A stretch of 64,000 bases of DNA from contig CM120640.1 in NCBI GenBank assembly GCA_051362555.1, forward strand, positions 47,408,788 through 47,472,787, read 5' to 3'. Under the pieces are notes generated by a model. The model did not search any database. It had not been told where the DNA came from and saw nothing but the letters and a program-made list of their open reading frames with translations. A program made the position numbers and the translations under genes. The stretch is from Lingula anatina (taxonomy: Eukaryota; Animalia; Brachiopoda). This document shows, in pieces, positions 51,101-64,000 of this stretch (its first letter is position 1; each line of letters begins with the position of its first letter).

Positions 51101-54100
51101 TTTATCTTTTTTATGATGGTTTTCTCTTGTCACCTCTCTTATGATGAAAGATTGAGAAAATTTGAAAAAATACTTTAGACATTTATTGAAACAACCACCA
51201 GATTTCAGATTGATTTATTTCATATATCATCAATCTCAAAGATTCAAAACTACAAGGAAGCATCTCATCAACCAAAGGAAATTAGCTTTAAGTCAAATTT
51301 AACATTTTGATTAACAAAATTCTTCCATACTTTTCAAAATTTTTTCAAGAAAATACTACTAAAATAATGTCATGGGAAGTCAAATTTCTTCCACTTTCAA
51401 AACCTTTCTACAATTTTAAAACCAGGAATGGATTAAAAATTATACAATAATCCTAATGTTATGATAAACTTTAACTTTTAAAATACTCAGAAGATCTGTT
51501 CAGACCAAGATTGATTTAAACTGAGAAGATATTGTATTTCATAGGCAGATCTGATAACATACTGACACCATAGCAATTTGCTTAGTGATTTTTTCCTGGT
51601 CTGAAGAAGGCTTTTTAGAAAAAATGGAGATTAAATTTATATACTTTCTATTTTCCTATCAAAATTAATGAACCCCAATACCAGGATAAAAAGACCATTT
51701 TTCTTGCCTCAAGAGAAAATCAATGGGATCCATGGTAGTTGAATATACAAGCTGCTACATCCCACATTATTGTCTGCTGGTATATTTTCTGAAATGTCCA
51801 ACATGAAATGAAAATCCTAATATTAGATGGATTTTATTGAGATTCATGGCCGTTTCTGGTGGTATCTGTTTTAATTAGTATCTTTGATGCTTAGCACAAT
51901 TACTATCCTGCTGATGGTTATGTGTAACAACCATCACACAAGGTGGGTTATGGAGGCGCAACCTGAGCTCTTGTTACTTGTTTCAGTATTTTTTTATTGA
52001 TTTTTGTACCGGTGAAATTTTCATTTTACTTCTCTGGCCAGTGAGTACTTACAGGAGATGAAAAAGAGGGCAAAGTATAGGCAGGCAGGCTGGCAGTTTA
52101 AAAGATTCATTATGAGAAGCTAAATAAGATATTTTGATATAGGCATGTGTACAGTACAACATGAATTGCGCTAATAAGTTAATAAGAAAATAGAGAAAGG
52201 GAAATTGCAAAGACAGAGGAAGATGGCTTAGCAAGAAAAATTTCAAGCATAACACGTGGTAAAAAAAAAAAAAAAAAAAAAAAAATTTGCACGCATATAC
52301 AGTATGAAATGTACATAGGGCCCTGTAGGTAAATGCCCCAGCAAGGAAAGAAACAGAAAGGAGTTGGAAGAGTGAGGGAGAATTAATGTCAGGAGGTGAT
52401 GAACTTGGTCAAGTGACAAAGGTGTGGAGACCACTGTGATAGTTGCAATAAGGTCGTAAGCAATGAAGGTGGTAAGAGGAGATGTGCCCAAAAGACCCCA
52501 TGAATTGATAAAAGACATTTACTTTGACAGGGCTAAATTTGGAAATAATTTGGTAAAGGAACTGTTTACCAATAGCTTGACAAAGGTTTGGATAAGACTA
52601 AATGTCTTGTTCATGCTTTGTCAAACCTGGACATGTTACAGTTACAGATTATTGTAAGAAATTAAAAGCAAGATTAGTAGGGATAATTCTAAGCCGGATA
52701 ATTAAATTATGTACAGAGGCGTGTTCTTGGACTGAAACTTTCTCCTTAATTAATGATCATGTGTGAATCTGCCCACTGGTTAAGATACTTCTTATTAAGA
52801 TATGACTTATCAAAGAATTATTGTTGATTAATGTTTTTGATTTTCCTCTTTATGTCCAACAAAAAAGAATAATTGGGGGAGGGGGAATTATTGAATTGTC
52901 ATTTATAGAAGGAGTCTTGTAAATCATTTCTTGGAAAAACCTTAAACCGATTCAGGGAAATTGTAAAATTACACATTTGTAAAGACATCAGTGGGGTTAA
53001 GCTACCCATCAGCATCATGTATTTTTTTCTTTTTGTTTAATGTGCTTACATTTAATTGACAGATCAGTTAGCTTAGAATGAAACCAGAATCTTTCCCTCA
53101 AATTTAACAATTTCAGTTTTCTTTGTACATTGCATAATTCCATAGAACTCTTATGCTACCTTTTCACAATATATTAACTTATTGTTGGAATATCATTAGC
53201 AATCAGATGTTGCAAACAGGCACATGAATAAAGTTACCCATTAGTAGAACACCAAATATATGTATGTGAAGTATAATGGCAACTAGACATATTGTATGTG
53301 CTATTGCAAGCGTTATCAGCATTAAAGACTTAAAAAGCAAGATTTATTTTCAACATCATGAAAATAAAAACCTCACCTTGTTGTACTTTTTCATCATAAC
53401 ATCTTTGTTTCTTGTACTCATGTTTTCTCTCATGCTTGCTTTACATTGTTTTTTGGTCTATCACAGTATTACTGTTTGAGGTGCCATTTCAATTTTTTCC
53501 TACAACTTAATCTGTCTTTGTATATATATTCTGCATATGGGAGTAAAAAAGGAATATCAAGAAACACACTGACCATCCGTTGGTATCCTTTTAATGCTAT
53601 TTTATTACTTCAGTGAGCATTAGACCATAATGTAATAAAAAAATAATTTCCCTGCTTATTTCAACTACTTGATCTCAATCACCAAGGAATACACTGTGTG
53701 AAAAACAATAAAATATTTCACCAGTCCCCATCTCCATTATGAGAGTGGCTCATGGTCATTTAACTAGATGTTTTCTGAAAATAAAGCATCTGGGGAGTGA
53801 GCAGAGTTAAAAGACTCATGCAAAACCTTTTATATTGTCCAAGTGTTTTGTGGTGAATATGAGATGTTCTTTTACAAAAAGAAGAGAGTGCACTTCTAAT
53901 AAAAAAGAGACAGTTTTGAATGTAGATGGTAGAAATGTGTTGTCTGTTCATTATGGTTGACCCAGGGGTAAACCATCCAATTTCTAGACTAGAACAGGTA
54001 TCACATTTTAGAATTTGTATATAACCCTTACCAGTATGTTATATTCATAACAACACAATTTGTTATGATCCATGCTCTAGTTTGATGCCACCATATTTGA

Positions 54101-57100
54101 TTGCATATGCCTTAGGCAGGATAAGATGATGATAAACAGAATGCGAGGTGATAGCTTTAGTTGAATGTCTCTTGGTTATTGGTTCTTGGTTCTGTACAAA
54201 ACTATGATTCTGCATGTACACACATAGTACACACATCCACACAATCAGATACACGCTATATGTGTCTGTATTACACAAGAAACTGGGGAATAGAGCTCTG
54301 TTCTTATTACCAATCTAAAATGTATTAAAAGGCAATGGAAAAGTTTATATCCATTGATTTTGTTTGATTCATTTGTGTGATTTTTACGGACGTTATTGAA
54401 GAAATTTCATAACTACTTTATTTTAAGAAAAGATGAAGATAACAGGGTCCCTGAAGTCCTTGAAACTAGACCCATCAGTACCCAGGGGAAAGCTTGCAAG
54501 ATGATTTATTGGCTTTCTTTGTTAGTGGTAGGTAGTTAGATTAACTCTGGTTCATCTTTCTTGTCCACACAATCACGCATTTCCAGAGAGGTTTTAATTG
54601 GAAATTCCTATCATGTAGTTTCCAGGATGTTGACAGACAGTTAAAAGAGAGGATCATAAAGCTTGATTGGCTGTTAAGTTTACAAAGTAATTTGGCATTG
54701 GATTGTATAAGTGTCAAAAAAAAAAGTTCTTGAGAGTGAAGTTTACTTCTTGTTAAGAATGTGCATATTGTTCTTATGGAGATTGTTGGAATATACCACA
54801 TATTGTTAATGTATAAAATAATGCTTTCACTTAAAAAAAAAGAATGTGTTATTACAAAGTAAATCACAGACAAACCTATTACTGTTGCAATATTGCATTG
54901 TCGGCACAGAGGAGTGACAAAAATAGCGAGTCTTTTTATGTTTCCTTGGGCAGTGGGGGACAGGAAGGCATGCTTTTTTCCTCTCCTTGTGGGCCATGTC
55001 CCCTGAGTACACAGACTGCAAATTAAATAATATAGAGCTTTCTCATGCTTTTGTTAACTGGCAGTTGGACTGATTGTTAACTTTTAATGATTTTATATGA
55101 AAAATATCTTTCCGTAAAATTCTTCATACATTGGAAACACTATATATTACTATTTCATTGCTGTCTAATCTGCCATACTTATAAGATCTTACTATTACAG
55201 AAACATTTTACATTTTATCACAGCTTTCTTGAAAATAAGGGAGGGATAAAGGAGATGTTGAGTGATATCTTTATGTTTTGATAAAAACTAAGATGTGATT
55301 GATAAATTGGCAAAAGGATAGATACGTTGCTGGATTCATGCTGTGTGATATTTGTTGAAAAAAGCAGAAAAAAACATTATAGAAATGTATCTGGTAATGA
55401 GATACCCTACAATCTTTCCTGTTGGATAAAAAACTGAAATGAAATAATACAGACAACTACAGAAATAATGAAAAGATGTGTGGTGTCTGTAAAAGAAAGG
55501 GGAGAAAAAATTTGAGAAATATTTGTAGTAATTAGATACCCCAGCTATCTTTTCATTTGGATGAAAAATAAATAAAAGAAGACAGATATTCAAAGGACAT
55601 GATAGACTCAAATAATGAGGCACTTATATAGTATGTGTTGTAACTGTTAGATTTCATAAGATTCTAATTGAATACTGTTGCAAAAGAGAGCCTTTGGCAT
55701 GCCATAGCATGCTGTGTTATCTCACATTAGAAACCCTGAAATATGATTAGTGATGATATTATATCTCCTGGTGCCAGAATTTATTAGAAAACTTGCATCA
55801 TTAAAGCTTGACAGTCTTGAACCCGAGAAGGAAATTGTTATTTGTTGGAGGGGGGAGGTATTATTGCGTGGTATTTTCTTCAGAATGCTATTATTAAAAA
55901 GATTCCTATGCTAGAGTAAACATGAGGGGGAGTTGTGTGTGTGTGTGTGTGCATGCTTGTTTGTGTAAGGCTGTTAATGTCAACCACTCAATCCTAGTGT
56001 GAGCCATGGTTATGACTGACAGACACAAACAACAGCCTCATTAACAATTACACCAATCAGAAGACAGGTATATTGTTATTATATCAATGGATATAGACAG
56101 GTATATTAGTTCATTTCAATTAACATTGCAACCTCATGCCATTGAAATGTTATAAGTCACTATTTTAACAAGACAATTAGCCACAGTCAAAGCCAGTTAA
56201 AGTTCTTTATCATTTTAAACAATGTCTGTAATTTGACCAGTTGTGATTTTAATTTTGAGAAAATATGCAAACAAAGGTAGAATTTTAACAATTTTCTCTA
56301 CTTCGCACTACTGATAAAGTGATAATGTCTGTTGTCTATTATTTCCAGTGATACCAGTGATATTAATTGGTTCCATCATATGACACATATATGAACATAG
56401 CTATAAGACAAATGATTGTTTGCACTATAATGCTTAATTTCTGTTGGAGGGCTCAGACTATAATTGCATAATGGCTATTGTTTCTGTTGTTTCCTAGTCA
56501 TGAATGTGTCATGCCATATCTTAGCCGACTGATTTTTTAATTTTTCCAATGAAGACCAAAAAAATTATTTTTTTAATATGGTCACATGATTTTTTGTGGC
56601 AAAAACTGCCTACATGTATAGTAAACAACAACTTTTTGAACATGTAGAGAAAACCATTTGAACTTTTTCATTGTGTGCTTGTATGAATGAATATATCACA
56701 TTTCTATGTGTGTGTTTGGGTGGTATGGTCTTACCACACTTAGTCATAATATATCATTTCAAAGTAATTTCAAGATAAGTTGGATAAACAAACAGGTGTG
56801 GGCATAATTTATAGCACTACTGATATTCATTAAGGAGACCGCTAATGTCGCATATATTTTAATCACACATTATTTTGGATCAGAGAATATTTCATTTTAT
56901 AAATGATTTATGTATGGTTTTGAATATTTCATGCATTGCCAGGTGGAAATTACTAAATATATAAATGTTAGAACTGTGGATAAAAACTATTGAGACTAAT
57001 CATTGTTAATTGTGACAAAACCAATGACTTTTATTGGACCATAATTCAACTTGAAAATATAAACTTAGAATGACAATAAAACACTTAATTTTTTTTACAA

Positions 57101-57410
57101 CAAAAGAAAATGATAAAAATCAGGTGAACTGCCATAGTTTAAAGGGTTGTCAAGATCTAGCTTTAACATGAAATTCATAGTAATTTAACTCACTTAGTTC
57201 ATGTGACATCAAGCAGAAACACAGTATGTTTATATTTGAAAAAAAATCTATAATCATCAGTAAGCATAATATACCAATATTCAATTCAGTAAAACAATAT
57301 ATATAGACTACTTGTAAGCATCCAACTAAATACTTGTAGGATGTGAAAATACTGATTATTTATTACAACAATCAATTTGAAACCCCAGTCAAGGAACATA
57401 GTACAGATAC

Positions 57411-58499
57411 CTAATGGATTTCCCCTTCATGATTATTGACAAATAACATATTCGGAGTACGCAATTTCCTTCTTCTGAAACAGGAAAAAAGTTTTTGATA
57501 TCCCATCCGGACATCCCGTAGCCTAATCCCATATATCCAAGGATCTATCAATGCATTGGCTAAAAAGAGAAGGTTTGCTGCTTGATGAAATTGATAACAA
57601 GCTTTACACAACGGTTCCCCTTCATTAGTGTCCTGCATGTATAACACCATGTAGAGATCTGCAGTCCCTGGCAACCAAAAAAACAACATTGTCCCCACCA
57701 GGAAAGAGATGGTCTTTTTAAGTTGCTGGTGTTGGGTCAGAACACATCTTTCTGGCTGCCTCTCATGGTGTGGTTGGTGAGCAAGGGTTAATTCCAGAGA
57801 TGGCTTGGCTGCCCAGTACAGGTTGTAATATAACCAACCAACTAGAATGGCTACTGTTACGTAGATGGTTGAAAATGTGACTGATTTGACTAAATAGTAT
57901 CTTGTATGCCCTTGCTGAGAGTTGTTATACATTGAACACAGCGAGTGCTGTCCAATGAAAATCAAAGGGTCACTTATCAGATGGACAAGAAATCCAATGA
58001 TAGGAGTGACCATCCATGCAAGGCAAATGAAAATATTTGTGTGACGTTTAGCAGCCCTGCTCGCAAAATATACTGGTTTAGTGACTGAGAGATACTGGCA
58101 TATCACTAAACCTAGTGTTGCAAAAACTGGATTGAGCAGAAATACGTAGGATATTTCCATTATTTCCACAGTTCGACATGGGTAGGTTAATACGTCTTTG
58201 TCAAATTGATAACGTAATCCTGGAATGGCGGCTAAAATCATGGTTGTAAGATCACACACGGCTAGGTTGATGAGCAACATTCCAAATGCTCTCCTTGGAG
58301 GGGGCATGTTTAATAATGCTAAAAGCGATATGAAATTTTCCACAATTCCAATGCTAGCCAGAACAGTGCCTGCTGTGACAAAGTTTGTGAACAGTGTTTC
58401 CAAGTATTGTTCTTCACTGCTTGCATTTTGTCCTTTATAACCCCCACCAAGGCTGTTATTGTCTCTTGGTGAGATAGTGGATTGATTAAAGTAAATCAT
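57411..58499 (-). CDS. Intronless orphan class A (rhodopsin-like) GPCR, 362 aa, nested antisense in an ADGRV1 intron
   Basis: Seven hydrophobic segments; N-terminal sequons NQS/NNS/NAS; TM1 GIVEN, TM2 NLAVCD, Cys at the top of TM3, CQYLSVTKP at the DRY position, TM4 W, TM5 Y, TM6 FFWLP, TM7 NALIDPWIYG, and a helix-8 segment with Cys. Confidence 0.93.
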   Translation of the reverse strand: MIYFNQSTISPRDNNSLGGGYKGQNASSEEQYLETLFTNFVTAGTVLASIGIVENFISLLALLNMPPPRRAFGMLLINLAVCDLTTMILAAIPGLRYQFDKDVLTYPCRTVEIMEISYVFLLNPVFATLGLVICQYLSVTKPVYFASRAAKRHTNIFICLAWMVTPIIGFLVHLISDPLIFIGQHSLCSMYNNSQQGHTRYYLVKSVTFSTIYVTVAILVGWLYYNLYWAAKPSLELTLAHQPHHERQPERCVLTQHQQLKKTISFLVGTMLFFWLPGTADLYMVLYMQDTNEGEPLCKACYQFHQAANLLFLANALIDPWIYGIRLRDVRMGYQKLFSCFRRRKLRTPNMLFVNNHEGEIH

Positions 58500-61400
58500 G
58501 CTTGCGGAGTTATCACGATAGATCAGAAAGTGTCCTCTAGTCTAACTGACAGTCGATTTATAAACTGTTGATCATGCTTAGTCTGTAGCCTCAAGTGGCA
58601 AATCAAAATGCATGCAAACTTACAAAATTGATTGCCTTGTTTTTATGTCACCTCACCTCAATTTCTTTAATCTGACAAGGGATTTTTCTTCTCAAGCTGC
58701 TTGTTTAATGTTTGGCACTAAGAACTCTTTCCATAATCCAAAATAAATTAGTCAGCCAGTTTCTCTGTAGTACTGTTCTTCAGAACCCTCACTTATTAAA
58801 CTGCATAAGTATTTCTGTTCAAAGGCTGTTAAGTTGAAATTGAAACACCTTGTTTGTGATGTGAAAAACTCTCCCCTCGTGCATTTGTCATTCAGGATAG
58901 TTGTTCTTCTCAGTTTCTGTAATTTCCCAAGGGCTTTCTCTCTCTGTGCTGTTCTTTGTTATTATAATGCTATTCTAAAAACTTATAATCAAAAATGAGC
59001 AAACCACAGTTTCTTATGTCACCAAGAACTGCAAATTAAAAATTCATTTTTTTATACTGAACACATGATATGCTCTTTTTACTGTCTCTTTTACTGCTTT
59101 ACTGTTTGATTTAGAAGAAAAAAGCAATTTTTTTCCAAACTGAATCAGCCACTCTTTGCTATAATAGCCTTTCCCTGTTTACCTGTCTCTGAAGACTGTC
59201 ACGCCACTCCTCAGTTACCTCAATTATGTAATCTGACAAGGGAAATCTTTTTTAAGCTATGTAGGTGATTTTAAGAACGCTCCCCATTTCACGACTGGTT
59301 GTGGTTATTCTTGCAAGTATAGGTGAGCAAGTCCTTAAATGTCAGTAAGATGGCCTTTTCATCCACTCTTTTGTTTCCTTCATCCATCTTTCCTAAGTGT
59401 TCAGATTACATAGCGTGATGCTCTTATAGTTTTACATAATCAGGAAAAACAGAAAAATACCTTGCCTTAGTTTCTGTCACTTGGAGTGGTTTTTCCTCTG
59501 TAAATTCTCTTTTTTCAGTCTCTTCTCATCTGTTGAGGGTATTAATATTTTAAAAGTATATGAGTTATACACTGTCCTTATTGCAGACTCCCATGTTATT
59601 TAGATTGGATATCCTGTTGTTGCGTCTTCCAGTATCCTTTTCAGTGTAATCGGAACTGCTTCATCTCTGACAAGTTGTCTGCTTGCTTGCTTGCTTGCTA
59701 CGCAGTTTGTGCCATGTGCCGGGATTCAGGGCAATGTGTGCAATTGATCTGCACATTAGATTGATATTAAAGCACTCTGAAAACAATACCACTCCTTCCT
59801 TGTGTGCGGAGTGCTGTGAAACCATTGATGAGTAGGTTATGGACTAATCAAATCATTCCATGAGCTGTATGCTATACTGCTTTCTCGCCTGTAGAAGTAT
59901 GCTACTGGAAAATGCCACGGGTGTCAAGTATTTTCTTTTTTCTTTCCTGTAATAAAAACAAAGTGTGGAGATAATGGTTTGTATTTTGTTGAATTGTTAT
60001 CATTTTCACAAATATTGGAGATGATGCAGTAAATTTTTTTCCATTGTAAAGAAAAAAAAATAATAAAATAAAATAAACTAATGCCAAGTTAATTTAAGTT
60101 ATAGTAAACTCTTTAATAGGCATTTTGTTTTACTTGTAATTCCAGAGGGGTGAGCACCTGGATTTTCTGTGACTTATTTTCATCATACGTTTTGTGCAGT
60201 ATGATTTTAAGGCAACTTTTTTATGGCAGTTTTGTTGATTGAGAAAAGATAATTAGTTCTGCACTTGCTATTGCCACTACTTAGTGATATAAACATTTCT
60301 CGCTAAGACTCCATAAAATATGACACCTATGAATGGTATTAAGGTGTATTATCTAGGTAATAAATTTTTGATGGTATCAAATAAATGGTCATTTGCTTTA
60401 CAATATCCCACATTTTGTTTCTTGCACTGTTACAAAAACTTATTTAAAATATGTAGGGATTGAAAACTCTTGAGCCCTTTGTGAGATGAACACGTACCTG
60501 GATTACATGCTTTTTGAAAGAATCTAAGAGGGAGAAGTTAGCTTATCCTAATTTATGTCTTAATGTTATCCCATCCTTAAAATGGTTAAACATATATTAG
60601 GAAAAGAGATATCTTCACACTAGGATTCTCACTCAAACACACCCAAAAAAAAACTAAATATGTACTTTCAGTACATGTATACATCATAAGGCCACAACAT
60701 TTTACTTAAAAGACCTTATGTTCTTGCACTCATTATTTTCCCACTATAAAGATATATCCCAAAAGTTCAAGTTAGCGCTTCAAAGGGTACACCTTTTAGA
60801 TTGCTCAATGTGTAAAAAAAAAAAAAAAGAACTGGAATGGGAGGGGGGAGAACAACCTGATGTAGACTTAGGCAAGCAATTTAATGGAATGCATTAGTTG
60901 GTGTTTTCCATTACCTGGGGATATGTAATTATTCTCCCCTAGGTATGTTACTCATACAAACAGGCTGAAAGATTAGTTCAGGGCTTGTGTCCATCTTGTA
61001 ATGGTGGATTTTCTGCCCTGATGCAGATTGAGTTTGAACTGATATTTCCCTGTAAAGGAATGACTATTCATACATGAAGTAGCTTGAATTACATTCTAGA
61101 CAAATGAGGATTTTTTTCAAATTCTACTTCACTGCTCCCATCTATTTACCTAAATGCCTCTAGATCAAACATGTTTTATTGGTTTCCCGATGGATTTTCA
61201 TTGTAATTATTTTCTCTTTCACACAAAATGTGGTGTAATCTGTAGTGTTGAACTAGAGAGCATGATCATCTTGTTGATCTGATGGAGAAGATAAGGCAAG
61301 ATGCAAGAAATCTTATAATATATTTTCAGTATTATAGGTATCTATATTGTATGCCATAATTTAACTTACAAAATGTTATTTTCTAGTATTTGTTCTGTAT

Positions 61401-62893
61401 TAATGCTTATTATAATTCTTATTGCTTTCTTAGTTTAAATAATTTACTAATAGTGTATATCTTATGTTAACCTTATCAAGCAGTGACAGTGTATATCAAC
61501 TGCCAGCCAGTGTAATGTTTTAACCTGGTCGAAAGAAATAAATGAATTTCTTTAGTAGTAACATGAAAAATTAAATCTTTACTGCTGTCAGATCAGTAAG
61601 TGCAGAATCCTCATGGGATATGACATTTTATTTGTGTGCAAATGCAAACTTGATGCAGTTTACTTAGAAGAATCATAATGAATGTGAAAAAAATAAACTG
61701 TGATCACACATACAGACACATTATTATGAGAAATGTCAAAGAATATTGGCCTGACAAATGAAGTTCTGAAGTTGATCTAGAAAGTGTTTTGACAAAGTAT
61801 TGGGGTCATGTCTATGTAATGAAGGTTCACTTTGATGAAGGTCTGCTATTTGAAAATTGCAAAAAATGCAAAGTTTTTTTTTTTCACTTCTAAAATCTGG
61901 GGCTATTGCTTTGACAAAGGAATGCTATTCTGAAGGCACAAGATTAATTATTTCCAAGGGTTGACTATTATGAGTTTTGGTATTCTGAAAAAGTGTATTT
62001 ATTCTATAGCTGGGCTCATGCATAAGTTAACCAGGACCAGCATGACCTTCATGTCAAAAGAAATGTGTTCAGTGCCAGTGGGTACTTATGTCATAAAAGT
62101 CACAGCATTCTTTGCAAAACAATGTTCAGTTGATATTCACATTGGGCTTCGAATATGATTAAGACAGTTTTTAAGAAGGCTAGTTACATATTATATTGCA
62201 TTATAATATTTAATTCTTAGTTGTCATCATAAGGAATTACCCATGTCCAAAATCTGTGCAGATTGCCAAAATGCAAATATGAGACCACCTCATGAATATT
62301 AAAAAAAAAAAATGTTTTCACATTCATTCATCCATTACCGAAAGGTGCACACCAAATGTAAACTGTCTTTTACATAATACAAAATTAATATGATTTTATC
62401 ATCATTTTAATTTTACATTTAATAAAGTGTACATGAATTTAACAAGTATGTTTATGTTATTTCATAATTAACTAATACGTTATTTTAATTTTACATTAAA
62501 AATAAAGTGTATCTTCTTCAAAGCCCCTTCATCATTATGGAGTTTTGGCATTGGAGAGAACCTCTTCATAGTGGACTTTGGTCATAGCAAACCTTTGTCA
62601 TACTGAAACCTCGTCAAAGTATTGACTGCATGTGAAATTTGAAGTTAATGGTGCCCTATATCAAGAACTATAAAAAATGGAATATTGCCTTTTTCCCTTG
62701 TAATAAAAATGAATGTTATAGGCACATCAGAATTTGCAATTTAGAATATTGTTACGCCTAAACTGGTCTATTAATTGAAGAGGGGGTGGTGATCAAAACA
62801 TTAATTTGTCCATATAAGTGTCTAGGCTTTATCTCAATCCACTAGAGTATAGTTTACTGATGATCTAATTTAATGTGTTGATGGATTCATGAT

Positions 62894-63210
62894 TTACCCT
62901 ATGGACCAGACAATATAGATTGCTCTATTACTGGTTAAAGTAATAATGTTCATTGTAGACCAGCCAGATAAAAGAACCAACTGCCGTTGCAGGTGTAATA
63001 TCTTTAAACACACAATGTTCTTCACATCTGGTCTTCCATCTTCTTTAAAGACAGTCAAAAACCAATCGATTTTGCCATTTTCTGTGAACTTTTCATTAAC
63101 TGCCCGGAACCTTTCATTAATTTCCCGTGAATCTTTCATTAACTGGTACTTCTGATCTTTTTCTGATGCATCCAGCACCTGCATGTTTTCAATACTAGCT
63201 TCAGGCTTTT
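62894..63210 (-). other. Possible coding exon or transposon-derived fragment of unknown identity
   Basis: An open, protein-like frame (EKPEASIENMQVLDASEKDQKYQLMKDSREINERFRAVNEKFTENGKIDWFLTVFKEDGRPDVKNIVCLK) follows a TTTCAG acceptor at 63211. No family recognised. Confidence 0.3.
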
Positions 63211-64000
63211 CTGAAATGATTATTTTTCTCTCTCCTTAAAGTTTGAAAAGTCATTTAAGCTAAATGTTTTATAGCTACATTGTTACAGAATGTTTACTTT
63301 CTGACATTCGCACCTGTAGTTTCTCAATAGTAAACTTGATTCTATATAAATCTGGTAAAAAAGACATTTTCTCATATCTTAACTTTTGGATTACAATTAA
63401 GTCTTGGTATCAATCCATGCCGAAGTCCAGGACTTTTAAGGACAATTTCTGTCATGTAAGATTTAAATTCCTAACCACTGGTAATTAATGCACATAACAC
63501 CTGAGTTTGGTCAAGGTGGAACCAAAAAATTCCCCCCTAGTGAGTTTTTGTGAAATCCTTATTTCTTAAGTTGCCTCAAATGATACCACAGCATATAAGC
63601 CAAAGAGTAATGACCTTCTCAAAGCTAACATAATAACCTCCTACTTGTTCAAGGTGATATTTGTGCAATTTTAAAGCAATTATTGGTGACACCCAATAAT
63701 CATAGGAAATGTCTTAGTTGTTGGTTATTATTGAGCAGCTGACATAGGCTTAAATGTGATATTATGAATTTTTAACAATCTCATAATGTGAAAGCTATCA
63801 GCTGTAGAGGCTGACCCTTATTTATTGGAAGCTATCACTTCGAAAGCTGACACTCGTCCGAAATAACAATAACAATTTAGGTGACACATCCTTAATTAGG
63901 GAAATGTTGTCCTGGGTGACACTTGTTGAAATATAAAAATATACACTTGGATGGCGTGTTTAATGTGCATAAAGTCATGTGTGAAAGTCATTGGCTTAAT

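Noticed and set aside
52049-52285. A25 tract as the tail of a retrocopy or SINE
   Set aside because: No target-site duplication, pol III boxes or coding remnant could be identified.

Overview
This is AT-rich, CpG-poor animal genomic DNA, probably an invertebrate; a lophotrochozoan such as a mollusc is a guess. The + strand carries an internal part of a giant adhesion GPCR gene, the ADGRV1 (VLGR1/GPR98/USH2C) ortholog. I traced 43 GT-AG exons from 81 to 48158 that join in one frame without stops (7872 nt, 2624 aa). They encode the end of a LamG/pentraxin domain, many Calx-beta repeats, a Cys-rich PAN/apple-like insert and seven EAR/EPTP repeats. The gene starts before the window, and its GAIN/7TM end lies after it. 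Its two very large introns each hold an intact antisense gene: a secreted atypical C-type lectin (CDS 12904-12277 + 10431-10181) and an intronless orphan class A GPCR with CQY in place of DRY (58499-57411). Other notable items are a candidate alternative terminal exon (35445-35803) that would end ADGRV1 in a mucin-like stalk, a Helentron/HINE-type element (~3284-5740) holding a 146-bp satellite rich in DR1 motifs, a ~100-nt hairpin, and several local duplications at splice sites. All coordinates were read by eye and no database search was run.
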